DNA of 64,000 nucleotides from Escherichia coli (GTDB taxonomy: Bacteria > Pseudomonadota > Gammaproteobacteria > Enterobacterales > Enterobacteriaceae). The stretch lies in the NCBI RefSeq assembly GCF_003334315.1, contig NZ_QOWR01000006.1. One strand, 5' to 3'. Below, piece after piece: positions 40,363-54,098 of the stretch; positions within the stretch are counted from its first letter, which is position 1, and every line of letters begins with the position of its first letter. The notes beneath the pieces were generated by a model. The model saw only the letters and a list, made by a program, of their open reading frames with translations, did no database searches and had not been told where the DNA came from. Position numbers and translations under genes: made by a program.

Positions 40363-41580
40363 TTACAGCTGATGATAACCAGAAAGGAAACGCGCGAACT
40401 TGCTCAAAGACAGCTCGATATCATCGACACGCGGTAGCGTGACAATGCGGAAGTGATCCGGCCACGGCCAGTTGAATGCCGTCCCTTGCACCAACAGAAC
40501 TTTTTCCTGCAACAGGAAATCCAGCACCATTTTCTGATCGTCGTGAATGTTAAAGCGTTTGGCGTCGATTTTCGGGAACATATACAGCGCACCACGAGGT
40601 TTCACGCAGGAAACGCCCGGAATATCGTTGATCAGTTCCCACGCGCGGTTACGCTGCTCATAAAGACGACCGCCAGGGGTAATAAATTCACTGATGCTCT
40701 GATAACCACCCAGCGCGGTCTGAATTGCGTGTTGCGCAGGAACGTTAGCACACAGGCGCATTGAAGCCAGCATTTCCAGACCTTCGATGTAGCCTTTGGC
40801 GTGTTTTTTCGGCCCGTTCAACACCATCCACCCCTGACGGAAGCCTGCAACGCGGTACGTTTTCGACAGTCCGTTAAAGGTAATGGTCAGCAGGTCAGGT
40901 GCCAGCGGCGCAATTGAGTGATGCTCAGCGTCGTCGTAAAGAATTTTGTCATAAATTTCATCGGCGAAGATAATGAGATTATGCTGACGTGCAATCTCCA
41001 CAATCTCCATTAAAAGCTCTTTGGAATATACCGCGCCGGTTGGGTTATTTGGGTTGATAATAACGATCCCACGCGTACGAGGCGTAATTTTAGCGCGAAT
41101 ATCATCGAGGTCCGGGAACCAGTCAGAGGATTCATCGCAAAGATAATGCACCGCTTTACCGCTGGAAAGCGAAACCGCCGCGGTCCATAGTGGGTAATCT
41201 GGTGCAGGAACCAACATTTCGTCCCCGCTGTTCAGCAATGCCTGCATTGCCTGAACGATAAGCTCCGATACACCATTGCCGATGTAAATATCTTCCACGG
41301 TAACATCACGCATGCCACGAGCCTGGTAGTGCTGCATGATGGCTTTACGCGCGGAGTAAAGACCTTTGGAATCGCAATACCCTTGAGCGGTAGGCAGGTT
41401 GCGTATCACGTCAACGAGGATTTCATCTGGCGCGTCAAAACCGAACGGGGCTGGGTTGCCGATGTTCAGTTTCAGTACCTTGTTACCTTCTTCTTCCAGG
41501 CGTTTTGCTTCTTTCAGCACCGGACCACGGATGTCATAACAGACATTCTCTAATTTGCTGGATTTTTCAATGGGGGACAT
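40363..41580 (-). CDS. alaA: Glutamate-pyruvate aminotransferase AlaA (YfbQ), 405 aa
   Basis: Class I PLP aminotransferase; Lys in NGLSKTYRVAGFRQGW; recognised sequence. Confidence 0.95.
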   Translation of the reverse strand: MSPIEKSSKLENVCYDIRGPVLKEAKRLEEEGNKVLKLNIGNPAPFGFDAPDEILVDVIRNLPTAQGYCDSKGLYSARKAIMQHYQARGMRDVTVEDIYIGNGVSELIVQAMQALLNSGDEMLVPAPDYPLWTAAVSLSSGKAVHYLCDESSDWFPDLDDIRAKITPRTRGIVIINPNNPTGAVYSKELLMEIVEIARQHNLIIFADEIYDKILYDDAEHHSIAPLAPDLLTITFNGLSKTYRVAGFRQGWMVLNGPKKHAKGYIEGLEMLASMRLCANVPAQHAIQTALGGYQSISEFITPGGRLYEQRNRAWELINDIPGVSCVKPRGALYMFPKIDAKRFNIHDDQKMVLDFLLQEKVLLVQGTAFNWPWPDHFRIVTLPRVDDIELSLSKFARFLSGYHQL

Positions 41581-42496
41581 GAATCTTGACCTTTTTTGCT
41601 GTTATCGCCACTCCCTGCCGTGGAAGTCAGCTTAGAACAATGTACTCCCCCAGGACGGTGTTTTGAAGGTCTGCAGAATAAGATTTTGCCAGAGGGGAAG
41701 GCTCGATTGTGCTGTTAATAACTTAATAATGACAAAATAATGAGGTGTATATGCTTTACATGCAATGTTATATAGTGAATTGTTCTGATTCTTAATTGTA
41801 AGTCTGGTTTTTTTATCTGTAAGATAATTGTGTGAAAATGCCTCATTTAAGAATTCACTAATGAAACGCGATGATGATATTTCCGCATTACGGAGAGTTT
41901 AACAGCGTGATGATTTCCGAGGTGTCGTAATGGGGGCAAGGTGTGAAACTATTGTTAAGCGGAATTAATGAATGAGGATGATGCTAATTAATTATTATTT
42001 AATATTCAAAAAGGTTTTGATGTGCTTATTAATAATAGAAGATTACTTTGCCTAACATAACATAACTTTGCATCAGATAATTCGCAATGACCCTTATAAA
42101 TAAAAGGTTTTTGGGGTAAAATGCTCGCATAAATGACGGATCCCTGCTCTTGATGCCGCCTCACCATTGCTGTTTGTACGTGTTCGCGTATGACCAGCGA
42201 TGCTGCACGAGAGTGGAACAAGGACTCACATTTACATTTATACAAACACGCGCATGTCATAAATAGAAAAGAGTGAGTAACTTAATAGATATGCGATCCC
42301 TGAAGATATATTCTGTGATCTACTTCAGGCATTATAACGGAACAATGTGAGTCGCTTTTTTAGTGCAACTCATATGCATTTTTACTTTCGTCCGGGTTCC
42401 GGATGAAACTGCCAGGGAGGCACATTACAAATGGAATTGCTTGTTTGTGTGTGCACAGCATTAACCAGCTCAGTATGAGTCGCCAGTAAGTGATAA

Positions 42497-43438
<942 letters not shown>

Positions 43439-43484
43439 TCGACGGACGATAGATAATTCCTGAGACAATAGTGTAAAAAACGAG

Positions 43485-43522
43485 CCGCTGGGGGTGTTTT
43501 AAACCCCAGCGGCTTTTTTTTA
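43485..43522 (+). terminator. Intrinsic terminator downstream of lrhA
   Basis: gccgctgggg...ccccagcggc stem followed by a T8 run. Confidence 0.8.
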
Positions 43523-44068
43523 GTAAAAATCCTTCCTCGCATAGTGCAGAACGTACAAAACTGTTCATTTTTCAATCACCAGAGATTCACGTCCCGAACG
43601 CACAAATAATCGCCTGAAAAAAATCACCTGCTACAATGATGTTAAAAAATACGTAAATTTGTTGCTGCGTTTTTGTTATGGAATGACAAAAGCGTGTCAC
43701 AGATCAAGAAAATACTCTCTTTTGGGGGGAGGAATCGACACAAATTCCTGTCAAAATAGACCCGTATTTTTTCCATTGCTTCACAACGGACACGATTCAA
43801 CAACATCTAATTATCCTGGAGTCGTCAAGGATCTGGGGTGAAAGGGCATTAAATGCTAATGGTGTTGATATTATGTAAACTAATGTGAAGAAACTTTTGT
43901 TAAAGTTGACAAAAGGTTATAGAAAGGAGTAAAAGACCACATCAATTAGCTGTATAAAAGAATTTCTACAGTGATTGTAAGGTTTTTTTTATTCCTCCCC
44001 ATGAATCGATGTGGCGTCCATCTGCCGTGAAGAGCAGTGAATCTGGCGCTACTTTTGATGAGTAAGCA

Positions 44069-44512
44069 ATGAGTATGTCAACATCCACTGAAGTCATCGC
44101 TCATCACTGGGCATTCGCTATCTTTCTTATCGTTGCCATTGGCCTGTGTTGCCTGATGCTGGTAGGCGGTTGGTTTTTAGGCGGTCGCGCACGCGCGAGG
44201 TCGAAAAACGTGCCGTTTGAATCCGGTATCGACTCGGTCGGCTCCGCCCGCTTACGCCTGTCCGCCAAGTTTTATCTGGTGGCCATGTTCTTCGTTATCT
44301 TCGACGTTGAAGCGCTGTATCTGTTCGCATGGTCAACCTCTATCCGCGAAAGCGGCTGGGTAGGCTTTGTGGAAGCTGCAATTTTTATTTTTGTGTTACT
44401 GGCAGGTCTGGTTTATCTGGTGCGTATTGGCGCGCTGGACTGGACGCCCGCGCGTTCACGCCGCGAGCGTATGAACCCGGAAACGAACAGTATCGCTAAT
44501 CGTCAACGCTAA
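44069..44512 (+). CDS. nuoA: NADH:quinone oxidoreductase subunit A, 147 aa
   Basis: Recognised sequence; first gene of a 13-gene co-directional nuo operon. Confidence 0.95.
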
Positions 44513-44527
44513 CCGCGAGGCATTAAG

Positions 44528-45190
44528 ATGGATTATACGCTCACCCGCATAGATCCCAACGGTGAGAACGACCGTTACCCCCTGCAAAAGCAGGAGATCG
44601 TAACCGACCCTCTGGAGCAAGAAGTTAACAAAAACGTGTTTATGGGCAAGCTCAATGACATGGTTAACTGGGGTCGTAAAAACTCAATTTGGCCGTATAA
44701 CTTCGGTCTTTCCTGCTGTTACGTTGAGATGGTGACTTCGTTTACCGCGGTGCATGACGTAGCGCGTTTTGGCGCAGAAGTATTGCGTGCTTCGCCGCGT
44801 CAGGCTGACCTGATGGTGGTTGCAGGAACCTGCTTTACCAAAATGGCACCGGTTATTCAGCGTCTGTATGACCAGATGCTGGAACCAAAATGGGTTATCT
44901 CAATGGGTGCCTGTGCCAACTCCGGCGGTATGTACGATATTTATTCCGTTGTGCAGGGCGTCGATAAATTCATCCCGGTTGATGTGTATATCCCGGGCTG
45001 CCCGCCGCGTCCTGAAGCGTACATGCAGGCACTGATGCTGTTGCAGGAATCTATCGGCAAAGAACGTCGTCCGCTCTCCTGGGTGGTTGGCGATCAGGGC
45101 GTTTATCGCGCCAATATGCAATCAGAGCGCGAACGCAAGCGCGGTGAACGCATTGCCGTAACCAACCTGCGTACACCTGACGAGATTTAA
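44528..45190 (+). CDS. nuoB: NADH:quinone oxidoreductase subunit B, 220 aa
   Basis: Cluster N2 cysteines ([22 protein letters not shown]). Confidence 0.97.
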
Positions 45191-45283
45191 TTTGCGCCTG
45201 TCGGCAAAGGGATTTTTCTTCGCTTATTCCTAAATCTATTTCGCGAAGCTTACTGCGCCGACAGTCACCACGGACCATTTGCA

Positions 45284-47086
45284 ATGGTGAACAATATGAC
45301 CGACTTAACCGCGCAAGAACCCGCCTGGCAGACCCGCGATCATCTTGATGATCCGGTGATTGGCGAACTGCGCAACCGTTTTGGGCCGGATGCCTTTACT
45401 GTTCAGGCGACTCGCACCGGGGTTCCCGTTGTGTGGATCAAGCGTGAACAATTACTGGAAGTTGGCGATTTCTTAAAGAAACTGCCGAAACCTTACGTCA
45501 TGCTGTTTGACTTACACGGCATGGACGAACGTCTGCGCACACACCGCGAAGGGTTACCTGCCGCGGATTTTTCCGTTTTCTACCATCTGATTTCTATCGA
45601 TCGTAACCGCGACATCATGCTGAAGGTGGCGCTGGCAGAAAACGACCTGCACGTACCGACCTTCACCAAACTGTTCCCGAACGCTAACTGGTATGAGCGT
45701 GAAACCTGGGATCTGTTTGGCATTACTTTCGACGGTCACCCGAACCTGCGCCGCATCATGATGCCGCAAACCTGGAAAGGTCACCCGCTGCGTAAAGATT
45801 ACCCGGCGCGCGCTACCGAATTCTCGCCGTTTGAGCTGACCAAAGCCAAACAGGATCTGGAGATGGAAGCCCTGACCTTCAAACCGGAAGAGTGGGGGAT
45901 GAAGCGCGGCACCGAAAACGAGGACTTCATGTTCCTCAACCTCGGTCCGAACCACCCGTCGGCGCACGGGGCTTTCCGTATCGTTTTACAACTCGACGGC
46001 GAAGAGATTGTCGACTGCGTACCAGACATCGGCTACCACCACCGTGGTGCGGAGAAAATGGGCGAGCGCCAGTCCTGGCACAGCTACATTCCGTATACCG
46101 ACCGTATTGAATACCTCGGCGGCTGCGTTAACGAAATGCCTTACGTGCTGGCGGTAGAGAAACTGGCCGGGATCACCGTGCCGGATCGCGTTAACGTCAT
46201 TCGCGTTATGCTCTCCGAACTGTTCCGCATCAACAGTCACCTGCTGTATATCTCGACCTTTATTCAGGACGTCGGCGCAATGACGCCAGTGTTCTTCGCC
46301 TTTACCGATCGTCAGAAAATTTACGATCTGGTGGAAGCAATCACTGGTTTCCGTATGCACCCGGCGTGGTTCCGTATTGGCGGCGTAGCGCACGACCTGC
46401 CGCGCGGCTGGGATCGCCTGCTGCGTGAGTTCCTCGACTGGATGCCGAAACGTCTGGCGTCTTACGAGAAAGCGGCGCTGCAAAACACCATTCTGAAAGG
46501 TCGTTCCCAGGGCGTTGCCGCCTATGGCGCGAAAGAGGCGCTGGAGTGGGGCACCACTGGCGCGGGCCTGCGTGCTACCGGGATCGACTTCGACGTGCGT
46601 AAGGCGCGTCCTTATTCTGGCTATGAAAACTTCGACTTTGAAATCCCGGTGGGTGGTGGCGTTTCTGACTGCTACACCCGCGTAATGCTTAAAGTGGAAG
46701 AGCTGCGCCAGAGTCTGCGCATTCTTGAGCAGTGCCTCAACAACATGCCGGAAGGCCCGTTCAAAGCGGATCACCCGCTGACCACGCCGCCGCCGAAAGA
46801 GCGCACGCTGCAACATATCGAAACCCTGATCACCCACTTCCTGCAAGTGTCGTGGGGTCCGGTGATGCCTGCCAATGAATCTTTCCAGATGATTGAGGCG
46901 ACCAAAGGGATCAACAGTTACTACCTGACCAGCGACGGCAGCACCATGAGTTACCGCACCCGTGTTCGTACCCCGAGCTTTGCGCATTTGCAGCAAATTC
47001 CGGCGGCGATCCGCGGCAGCCTGGTGTCTGACCTGATTGTTTATCTGGGCAGTATCGATTTTGTTATGTCAGATGTGGACCGCTAA
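45284..47086 (+). CDS. nuoC: NADH:quinone oxidoreductase fused subunit C/D, 600 aa as drawn
   Basis: Recognised fused NuoCD; start could instead be the in-frame ATG at 45296 (MTDLT...), since no clear SD marks either. Confidence 0.93.
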
Positions 47087-47088
47087 TT

Positions 47089-47589
47089 ATGCACGAGAAT
47101 CAACAACCACAAACCGAGGCTTTTGAGCTGAGTGCGGCAGAGCGTGAAGCGATCGAGCACGAGATGCACCACTACGAAGACCCGCGTGCGGCGTCCATTG
47201 AAGCGCTGAAAATCGTTCAGAAGCAGCGTGGCTGGGTGCCGGATGGTGCGATCCACGCGATCGCCGATGTGCTGGGTATTCCGGCAAGCGACGTCGAAGG
47301 TGTGGCAACGTTCTACAGTCAGATCTTCCGCCAGCCGGTTGGTCGCCATGTGATCCGTTATTGTGACAGCGTGGTCTGTCATATCAACGGTTATCAGGGT
47401 ATTCAGGCGGCGCTCGAGAAAAAGCTGAACATCAAACCAGGGCAAACGACATTTGATGGCCGCTTTACGCTGCTGCCAACTTGCTGCCTGGGGAACTGTG
47501 ATAAAGGGCCAAACATGATGATCGATGAGGACACTCACGCGCATCTGACCCCGGAAGCGATCCCTGAACTGCTGGAGCGGTATAAATGA
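47089..47589 (+). CDS. nuoE: NADH:quinone oxidoreductase subunit E (2Fe-2S), 166 aa
   Basis: Cys ligands (CDSVVCH...CCLGNC); recognised sequence. Confidence 0.96.
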
Positions 47590-48923
47590 AAAACATTATC
47601 CGTACTCCCGAAACGCATCCGCTGACCTGGCGTCTGCGCGATGACAAACAGCCAGTGTGGCTGGACGAATACTGCAGCAAAAACGGTTACGAAGGCGCGC
47701 GTAAGGCGCTGACCGGGCTGTCTCCGGACGAAATCGTTAATCAGGTAAAAGACGCTGGTCTGAAAGGGCGCGGCGGCGCGGGCTTCTCGACTGGCCTGAA
47801 ATGGAGCCTGATGCCGAAAGACGAATCCATGAACATCCGTTACCTGCTGTGTAATGCCGATGAAATGGAGCCGGGCACCTATAAAGACCGCCTGTTGATG
47901 GAGCAACTGCCGCACCTGCTGGTGGAAGGTATGCTCATCTCCGCGTTTGCGCTGAAAGCTTACCGTGGCTACATCTTCCTGCGTGGCGAATATATCGAAG
48001 CGGCAGTTAATCTGCGCCGTGCCATTGCCGAAGCCACCGAAGCGGGTCTGCTTGGCAAAAACATTATGGGAACAGGTTTCGATTTCGAACTGTTCGTCCA
48101 TACCGGGGCAGGGCGCTACATCTGCGGGGAAGAAACAGCGTTAATCAACTCCCTGGAAGGACGTCGTGCTAACCCACGCTCGAAGCCACCCTTCCCGGCA
48201 ACCTCCGGCGCATGGGGTAAACCGACCTGTGTCAACAACGTCGAAACCCTGTGTAACGTTCCGGCGATCCTCGCTAACGGCGTGGAGTGGTATCAGAACA
48301 TCTCGAAAAGTAAAGATGCTGGCACCAAGCTGATGGGCTTCTCCGGTCGGGTGAAAAATCCGGGACTGTGGGAACTGCCGTTCGGCACCACCGCACGCGA
48401 GATCCTCGAAGATTACGCCGGTGGTATGCGTGATGGTCTGAAATTTAAAGCCTGGCAGCCAGGCGGCGCGGGGACTGACTTCCTGACCGAAGCGCACCTT
48501 GACCTGCCGATGGAATTCGAAAGTATCGGTAAAGCGGGAAGCCGTCTGGGTACGGCGCTGGCGATGGCGGTTGACCATGAGATCAACATGGTGTCGCTGG
48601 TGCGTAACCTGGAAGAGTTTTTCGCCCGTGAGTCCTGCGGCTGGTGTACGCCGTGCCGCGACGGTCTGCCGTGGAGCGTGAAAATTCTGCGTGCGCTGGA
48701 GCGTGGTGAAGGTCAGCCGGGCGATATCGAAACACTTGAGCAACTGTGTCGATTCTTAGGCCCGGGTAAAACTTTCTGTGCCCACGCACCTGGTGCAGTG
48801 GAGCCGTTACAGAGCGCCATCAAATATTTCCGCGAAGAATTTGAGGCGGGAATCAAACAGCCGTTCAGCAATACCCATTTGATTAATGGGATTCAGCCGA
48901 ACCTGCTGAAAGAGCGCTGGTAA
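47586..48923 (+). CDS. nuoF: NADH:quinone oxidoreductase subunit F (NADH/FMN-binding), 445 aa
   Basis: [19 protein letters not shown] motif and C-terminal 4Fe-4S cysteines; ATGA overlap with nuoE. Confidence 0.97.
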   Translation: MKNIIRTPETHPLTWRLRDDKQPVWLDEYCSKNGYEGARKALTGLSPDEIVNQVKDAGLKGRGGAGFSTGLKWSLMPKDESMNIRYLLCNADEMEPGTYKDRLLMEQLPHLLVEGMLISAFALKAYRGYIFLRGEYIEAAVNLRRAIAEATEAGLLGKNIMGTGFDFELFVHTGAGRYICGEETALINSLEGRRANPRSKPPFPATSGAWGKPTCVNNVETLCNVPAILANGVEWYQNISKSKDAGTKLMGFSGRVKNPGLWELPFGTTAREILEDYAGGMRDGLKFKAWQPGGAGTDFLTEAHLDLPMEFESIGKAGSRLGTALAMAVDHEINMVSLVRNLEEFFARESCGWCTPCRDGLPWSVKILRALERGEGQPGDIETLEQLCRFLGPGKTFCAHAPGAVEPLQSAIKYFREEFEAGIKQPFSNTHLINGIQPNLLKERW

Positions 48924-48975
48924 CCGAATTTCGATTAACGCTCGGTCCCTGACCGAGAAAACTGGAAGCATGCTA

Positions 48976-51702
48976 ATGGCTACAATTCATGTAGACGGCA
49001 AAGAATACGAGGTCAACGGAGCGGACAACCTGCTGGAAGCTTGTCTGTCTCTGGGCCTTGATATTCCTTACTTTTGCTGGCATCCGGCGCTGGGAAGCGT
49101 CGGTGCTTGCCGCCAGTGTGCGGTGAAGCAATACCAAAACGCGGAAGACACGCGTGGTCGCCTGGTGATGTCCTGTATGACACCGGCTTCCGATGGCACC
49201 TTTATTTCCATTGACGACGAAGAAGCGAAACAGTTCCGTGAAAGTGTGGTCGAGTGGTTAATGACCAACCACCCGCACGACTGTCCGGTATGTGAAGAAG
49301 GCGGTAACTGCCATCTTCAGGATATGACCGTGATGACCGGACACAGCTTCCGTCGCTACCGTTTCACCAAACGTACCCACCGTAATCAGGATTTGGGGCC
49401 ATTCATCTCTCACGAAATGAACCGCTGCATCGCCTGCTACCGCTGCGTGCGTTACTACAAAGATTACGCTGACGGTACGGATCTGGGCGTTTACGGTGCG
49501 CACGACAACGTCTACTTCGGTCGCCCGGAAGACGGCACGCTGGAAAGCGAATTTTCCGGTAACCTGGTCGAAATTTGCCCGACCGGCGTATTTACCGACA
49601 AAACGCACTCCGAGCGTTACAACCGTAAATGGGATATGCAGTTTGCGCCGAGCATCTGCCAGCAATGTTCCATCGGCTGTAACATCAGCCCCGGTGAACG
49701 TTACGGCGAACTGCGTCGTATCGAAAACCGTTACAACGGTACGGTAAACCACTACTTCCTCTGCGACCGTGGTCGTTTCGGTTACGGTTACGTCAACCTG
49801 AAGGATCGTCCGCGTCAGCCAGTACAGCGTCGTGGCGATGATTTCATTACCCTCAACGCCGAACAGGCAATGCAGGGCGCGGCAGATATTCTGCGTCAGT
49901 CGAAGAAAGTGATCGGTATTGGTTCTCCGCGTGCCAGCGTGGAAAGCAACTTTGCGCTGCGTGAACTGGTGGGCGAAGAAAACTTCTACACCGGTATCGC
50001 TCACGGTGAGCAGGAACGTCTGCAACTGGCGCTGAAAGTGCTGCGTGAAGGCGGCATTTATACTCCGGCTCTGCGCGAAATCGAATCTTACGATGCGGTA
50101 CTGGTGCTGGGCGAAGACGTTACCCAGACCGGCGCGCGCGTCGCGCTGGCAGTGCGTCAGGCTGTGAAAGGTAAAGCGCGCGAAATGGCGGCAGCACAGA
50201 AAGTGGCTGACTGGCAGATTGCGGCAATCCTCAACATCGGTCAACGTGCGAAGCATCCGCTGTTTGTTACCAACGTTGATGACACCCGTCTGGATGATAT
50301 CGCGGCGTGGACTTACCGCGCACCGGTTGAAGATCAGGCGCGTTTAGGTTTTGCCATCGCCCATGCGCTGGATAACTCTGCACCAGCGGTTGACGGTATC
50401 GAACCTGAGCTGCAAAGCAAAATCGACGTCATCGTGCAGGCACTGGCAGGTGCGAAGAAACCGTTGATTATCTCCGGGACGAACGCCGGTAGCTTAGAGG
50501 TGATTCAGGCGGCGGCTAACGTCGCGAAAGCCCTGAAAGGTCGCGGCGCTGACGTCGGTATCACCATGATTGCCCGTTCCGTCAACAGCATGGGGCTGGG
50601 CATTATGGGTGGCGGTTCGCTTGAAGAAGCGTTAACCGAACTGGAAACCGGACGCGCCGACGCGGTGGTGGTGTTGGAAAACGATCTGCATCGTCACGCT
50701 TCTGCTATCCGCGTGAATGCTGCGCTGGCTAAAGCACCGCTGGTGATGGTGGTTGATCATCAACGCACAGCGATTATGGAAAACGCCCATCTGGTACTTT
50801 CTGCTGCCAGCTTTGCTGAAAGCGACGGTACGGTGATCAACAACGAAGGCCGCGCCCAACGTTTCTTCCAGGTTTACGATCCTGCTTATTACGACAGCAA
50901 AACTGTCATGCTGGAAAGCTGGCGCTGGTTACACTCGCTGCACAGCACCCTGCTGAGCCGTGAAGTGGACTGGACGCAGCTCGACCATGTGATTGACGCT
51001 GTTGTGGCGAAAATCCCGGAACTGGCAGGTATCAAAGATGCTGCGCCGGATGCGACATTCCGTATTCGTGGGCAGAAACTGGCCCGTGAACCGCACCGTT
51101 ACAGCGGTCGTACCGCCATGCGCGCCAATATCAGCGTTCATGAGCCGCGTCAGCCGCAGGATATTGACACCATGTTCACCTTCTCGATGGAAGGTAACAA
51201 CCAGCCGACTGCGCACCGTTCGCAAGTGCCGTTTGCCTGGGCGCCGGGCTGGAACTCCCCGCAGGCGTGGAACAAATTCCAGGACGAAGTGGGCGGCAAA
51301 CTGCGCTTTGGCGATCCGGGCGTGCGTCTGTTTGAAACCAGCGAAAATGGTCTGGATTACTTCACCAGCGTACCGGCACGCTTCCAGCCGCAGGACGGGA
51401 AATGGCGTATCGCGCCGTATTACCACCTGTTTGGCAGCGATGAATTGTCACAGCGTGCTCCGGTCTTCCAGAGCCGTATGCCGCAGCCGTACATCAAACT
51501 CAACCCAGCGGATGCCGCGAAGTTGGGTGTGAACGCAGGTACACGCGTCTCCTTTAGTTACGATGGCAACACGGTCACGCTGCCGGTTGAAATCGCCGAA
51601 GGACTGACGGCAGGGCAGGTGGGCTTGCCGATGGGTATGTCCGGCATTGCTCCGGTGCTGGCTGGCGCGCATCTTGAGGATCTCAAGGAGGCACAACAAT
51701 GA
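48976..51702 (+). CDS. nuoG: NADH:quinone oxidoreductase subunit G, 908 aa
   Basis: ORF begins at 48970 (MLMATIHV...); second ATG at 48976 chosen to match the remembered [12 protein letters not shown]-terminus; N-terminal Fe-S cysteine clusters. Confidence 0.95.
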
Positions 51703-52676
51703 GTTGGATATCACCGGAACTGATTGAGATCCTGCTGACCATCCTCAAAGCGGTGGTGATCCTGCTGGTGGTTGTCACCTGCGGGGCATTCATGAGCTTT
51801 GGCGAACGTCGCCTGCTGGGTCTGTTCCAGAACCGTTACGGACCTAACCGTGTTGGCTGGGGCGGTTCGCTCCAGCTGGTTGCGGACATGATCAAAATGT
51901 TCTTTAAAGAAGACTGGATCCCGAAATTCTCGGATCGCGTCATCTTTACCCTGGCACCGATGATTGCCTTTACCTCGCTGCTGCTGGCCTTTGCGATTGT
52001 GCCAGTCAGTCCGGGTTGGGTGGTTGCCGACCTGAACATCGGGATTTTGTTCTTCCTGATGATGGCAGGTCTGGCGGTTTACGCGGTGCTGTTTGCGGGC
52101 TGGTCAAGTAACAACAAATACTCGTTGCTGGGTGCGATGCGTGCTTCTGCGCAGACCCTGAGCTACGAAGTGTTCCTCGGGCTTTCCTTGATGGGCGTGG
52201 TGGCGCAGGCCGGTTCATTCAACATGACCGACATCGTCAACAGCCAGGCGCATGTGTGGAACGTTATCCCGCAATTCTTTGGTTTTATTACCTTTGCCAT
52301 CGCGGGCGTGGCGGTATGTCACCGTCACCCGTTTGACCAGCCGGAAGCCGAGCAGGAACTGGCGGATGGTTACCACATTGAATATTCCGGTATGAAGTTC
52401 GGTCTGTTCTTCGTGGGTGAGTACATCGGGATTGTGACCATCTCTGCATTGATGGTGACGCTGTTCTTCGGTGGCTGGCAAGGCCCGTTGTTACCGCCAT
52501 TCATCTGGTTCGCGCTGAAAACCGCGTTCTTTATGATGATGTTCATTTTGATTCGTGCGTCGTTACCGCGTCCGCGTTATGACCAGGTAATGTCCTTCGG
52601 CTGGAAAATCTGCCTGCCGCTGACGCTGATCAACTTGCTGGTAACGGCGGCTGTCATTCTCTGGCAGGCGCAATAA
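51699..52676 (+). CDS. nuoH: NADH:quinone oxidoreductase subunit H, 325 aa
   Basis: Polytopic membrane subunit; ATGA overlap with nuoG. Confidence 0.96.
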
Positions 52677-52690
52677 GGGGCAATAAGACC

Positions 52691-53233
52691 ATGACCTTAA
52701 AAGAATTGTTAGTAGGTTTCGGCACCCAGGTTCGTAGTATCTGGATGATCGGCCTGCACGCGTTCGCCAAACGCGAAACGCGAATGTACCCGGAAGAGCC
52801 GGTCTATCTGCCGCCCCGTTATCGTGGTCGTATCGTTCTGACCCGAGACCCGGACGGCGAAGAGCGTTGCGTAGCCTGTAACCTCTGCGCGGTAGCCTGC
52901 CCGGTCGGCTGTATCTCGCTGCAAAAAGCAGAAACCAAAGACGGTCGCTGGTACCCGGAATTTTTCCGCATCAACTTCTCACGCTGCATTTTCTGTGGTC
53001 TGTGCGAAGAAGCCTGTCCGACCACGGCGATTCAGTTAACCCCGGATTTCGAAATGGGGGAATACAAGCGCCAGGATCTGGTTTACGAGAAAGAGGATCT
53101 GCTGATCTCCGGTCCGGGCAAATACCCGGAATATAACTTCTACCGGATGGCAGGTATGGCAATCGACGGCAAAGATAAGGGCGAAGCAGAGAACGAAGCC
53201 AAGCCTATCGACGTCAAGAGCCTGTTACCGTAA
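52691..53233 (+). CDS. nuoI: NADH:quinone oxidoreductase subunit I (2x 4Fe-4S ferredoxin), 180 aa
   Basis: [12 protein letters not shown] and [12 protein letters not shown] motifs. Confidence 0.97.
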
Positions 53234-53244
53234 GGAGAGGGGCA

Positions 53245-53799
53245 ATGGAGTTCGCTTTTTATATCTGTGGCCTGATAGCCATACTTGCGACCTTGCGAGT
53301 GATCACCCATACCAATCCGGTACACGCACTGCTGTACCTGATTATTTCGCTGCTGGCGATTTCCGGGGTGTTCTTCTCACTGGGCGCTTACTTCGCCGGT
53401 GCGCTGGAAATTATCGTCTACGCGGGTGCCATTATGGTGCTGTTCGTGTTCGTGGTGATGATGCTCAACCTGGGCGGTTCAGAAATCGAACAGGAACGCC
53501 AGTGGCTGAAACCGCAGGTGTGGATTGGTCCGGCAATTTTGTCGGCCATCATGCTGGTGGTGATTGTTTACGCCATCCTCGGTGTTAACGATCAGGGTAT
53601 CGACGGTACGCCAATCAGTGCTAAAGCAGTGGGTATTACGCTGTTCGGGCCTTACGTACTGGCGGTGGAACTGGCTTCTATGCTGCTGCTCGCAGGTCTG
53701 GTTGTGGCCTTCCACGTCGGTCGTGAAGAGCGTGCGGGTGAAGTGCTGAGCAATCGTAAAGACGACAGCGCGAAAAGAAAAACGGAGGAGCACGCATGA
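53245..53799 (+). CDS. nuoJ: NADH:quinone oxidoreductase subunit J, 184 aa
   Basis: Membrane subunit; recognised sequence. Confidence 0.95.
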
Positions 53800-54098
53800 T
53801 CCCCTTACAACATGGACTGATCCTCGCGGCAATCTTATTCGTTCTTGGCTTAACCGGTCTGGTTATCCGTCGCAATCTGCTGTTTATGTTGATTGGTCTG
53901 GAAATCATGATTAACGCCTCCGCGCTGGCCTTCGTGGTCGCCGGAAGCTACTGGGGCCAGACCGACGGTCAGGTGATGTACATTCTCGCCATCAGCCTCG
54001 CGGCGGCAGAAGCGAGTATCGGCCTTGCGCTGCTGCTGCAACTTCACCGTCGTCGCCAGAACCTGAACATCGATTCAGTAAGTGAGATGCGCGGATGA
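53796..54098 (+). CDS. nuoK: NADH:quinone oxidoreductase subunit K, 100 aa
   Basis: Three-TM small subunit; ATGA overlap with nuoJ. Confidence 0.95.

Noticed and set aside
43659-43841. 60-aa ORF in the nuo upstream region.
   Set aside because: No RBS and located in a promoter region; likely spurious.
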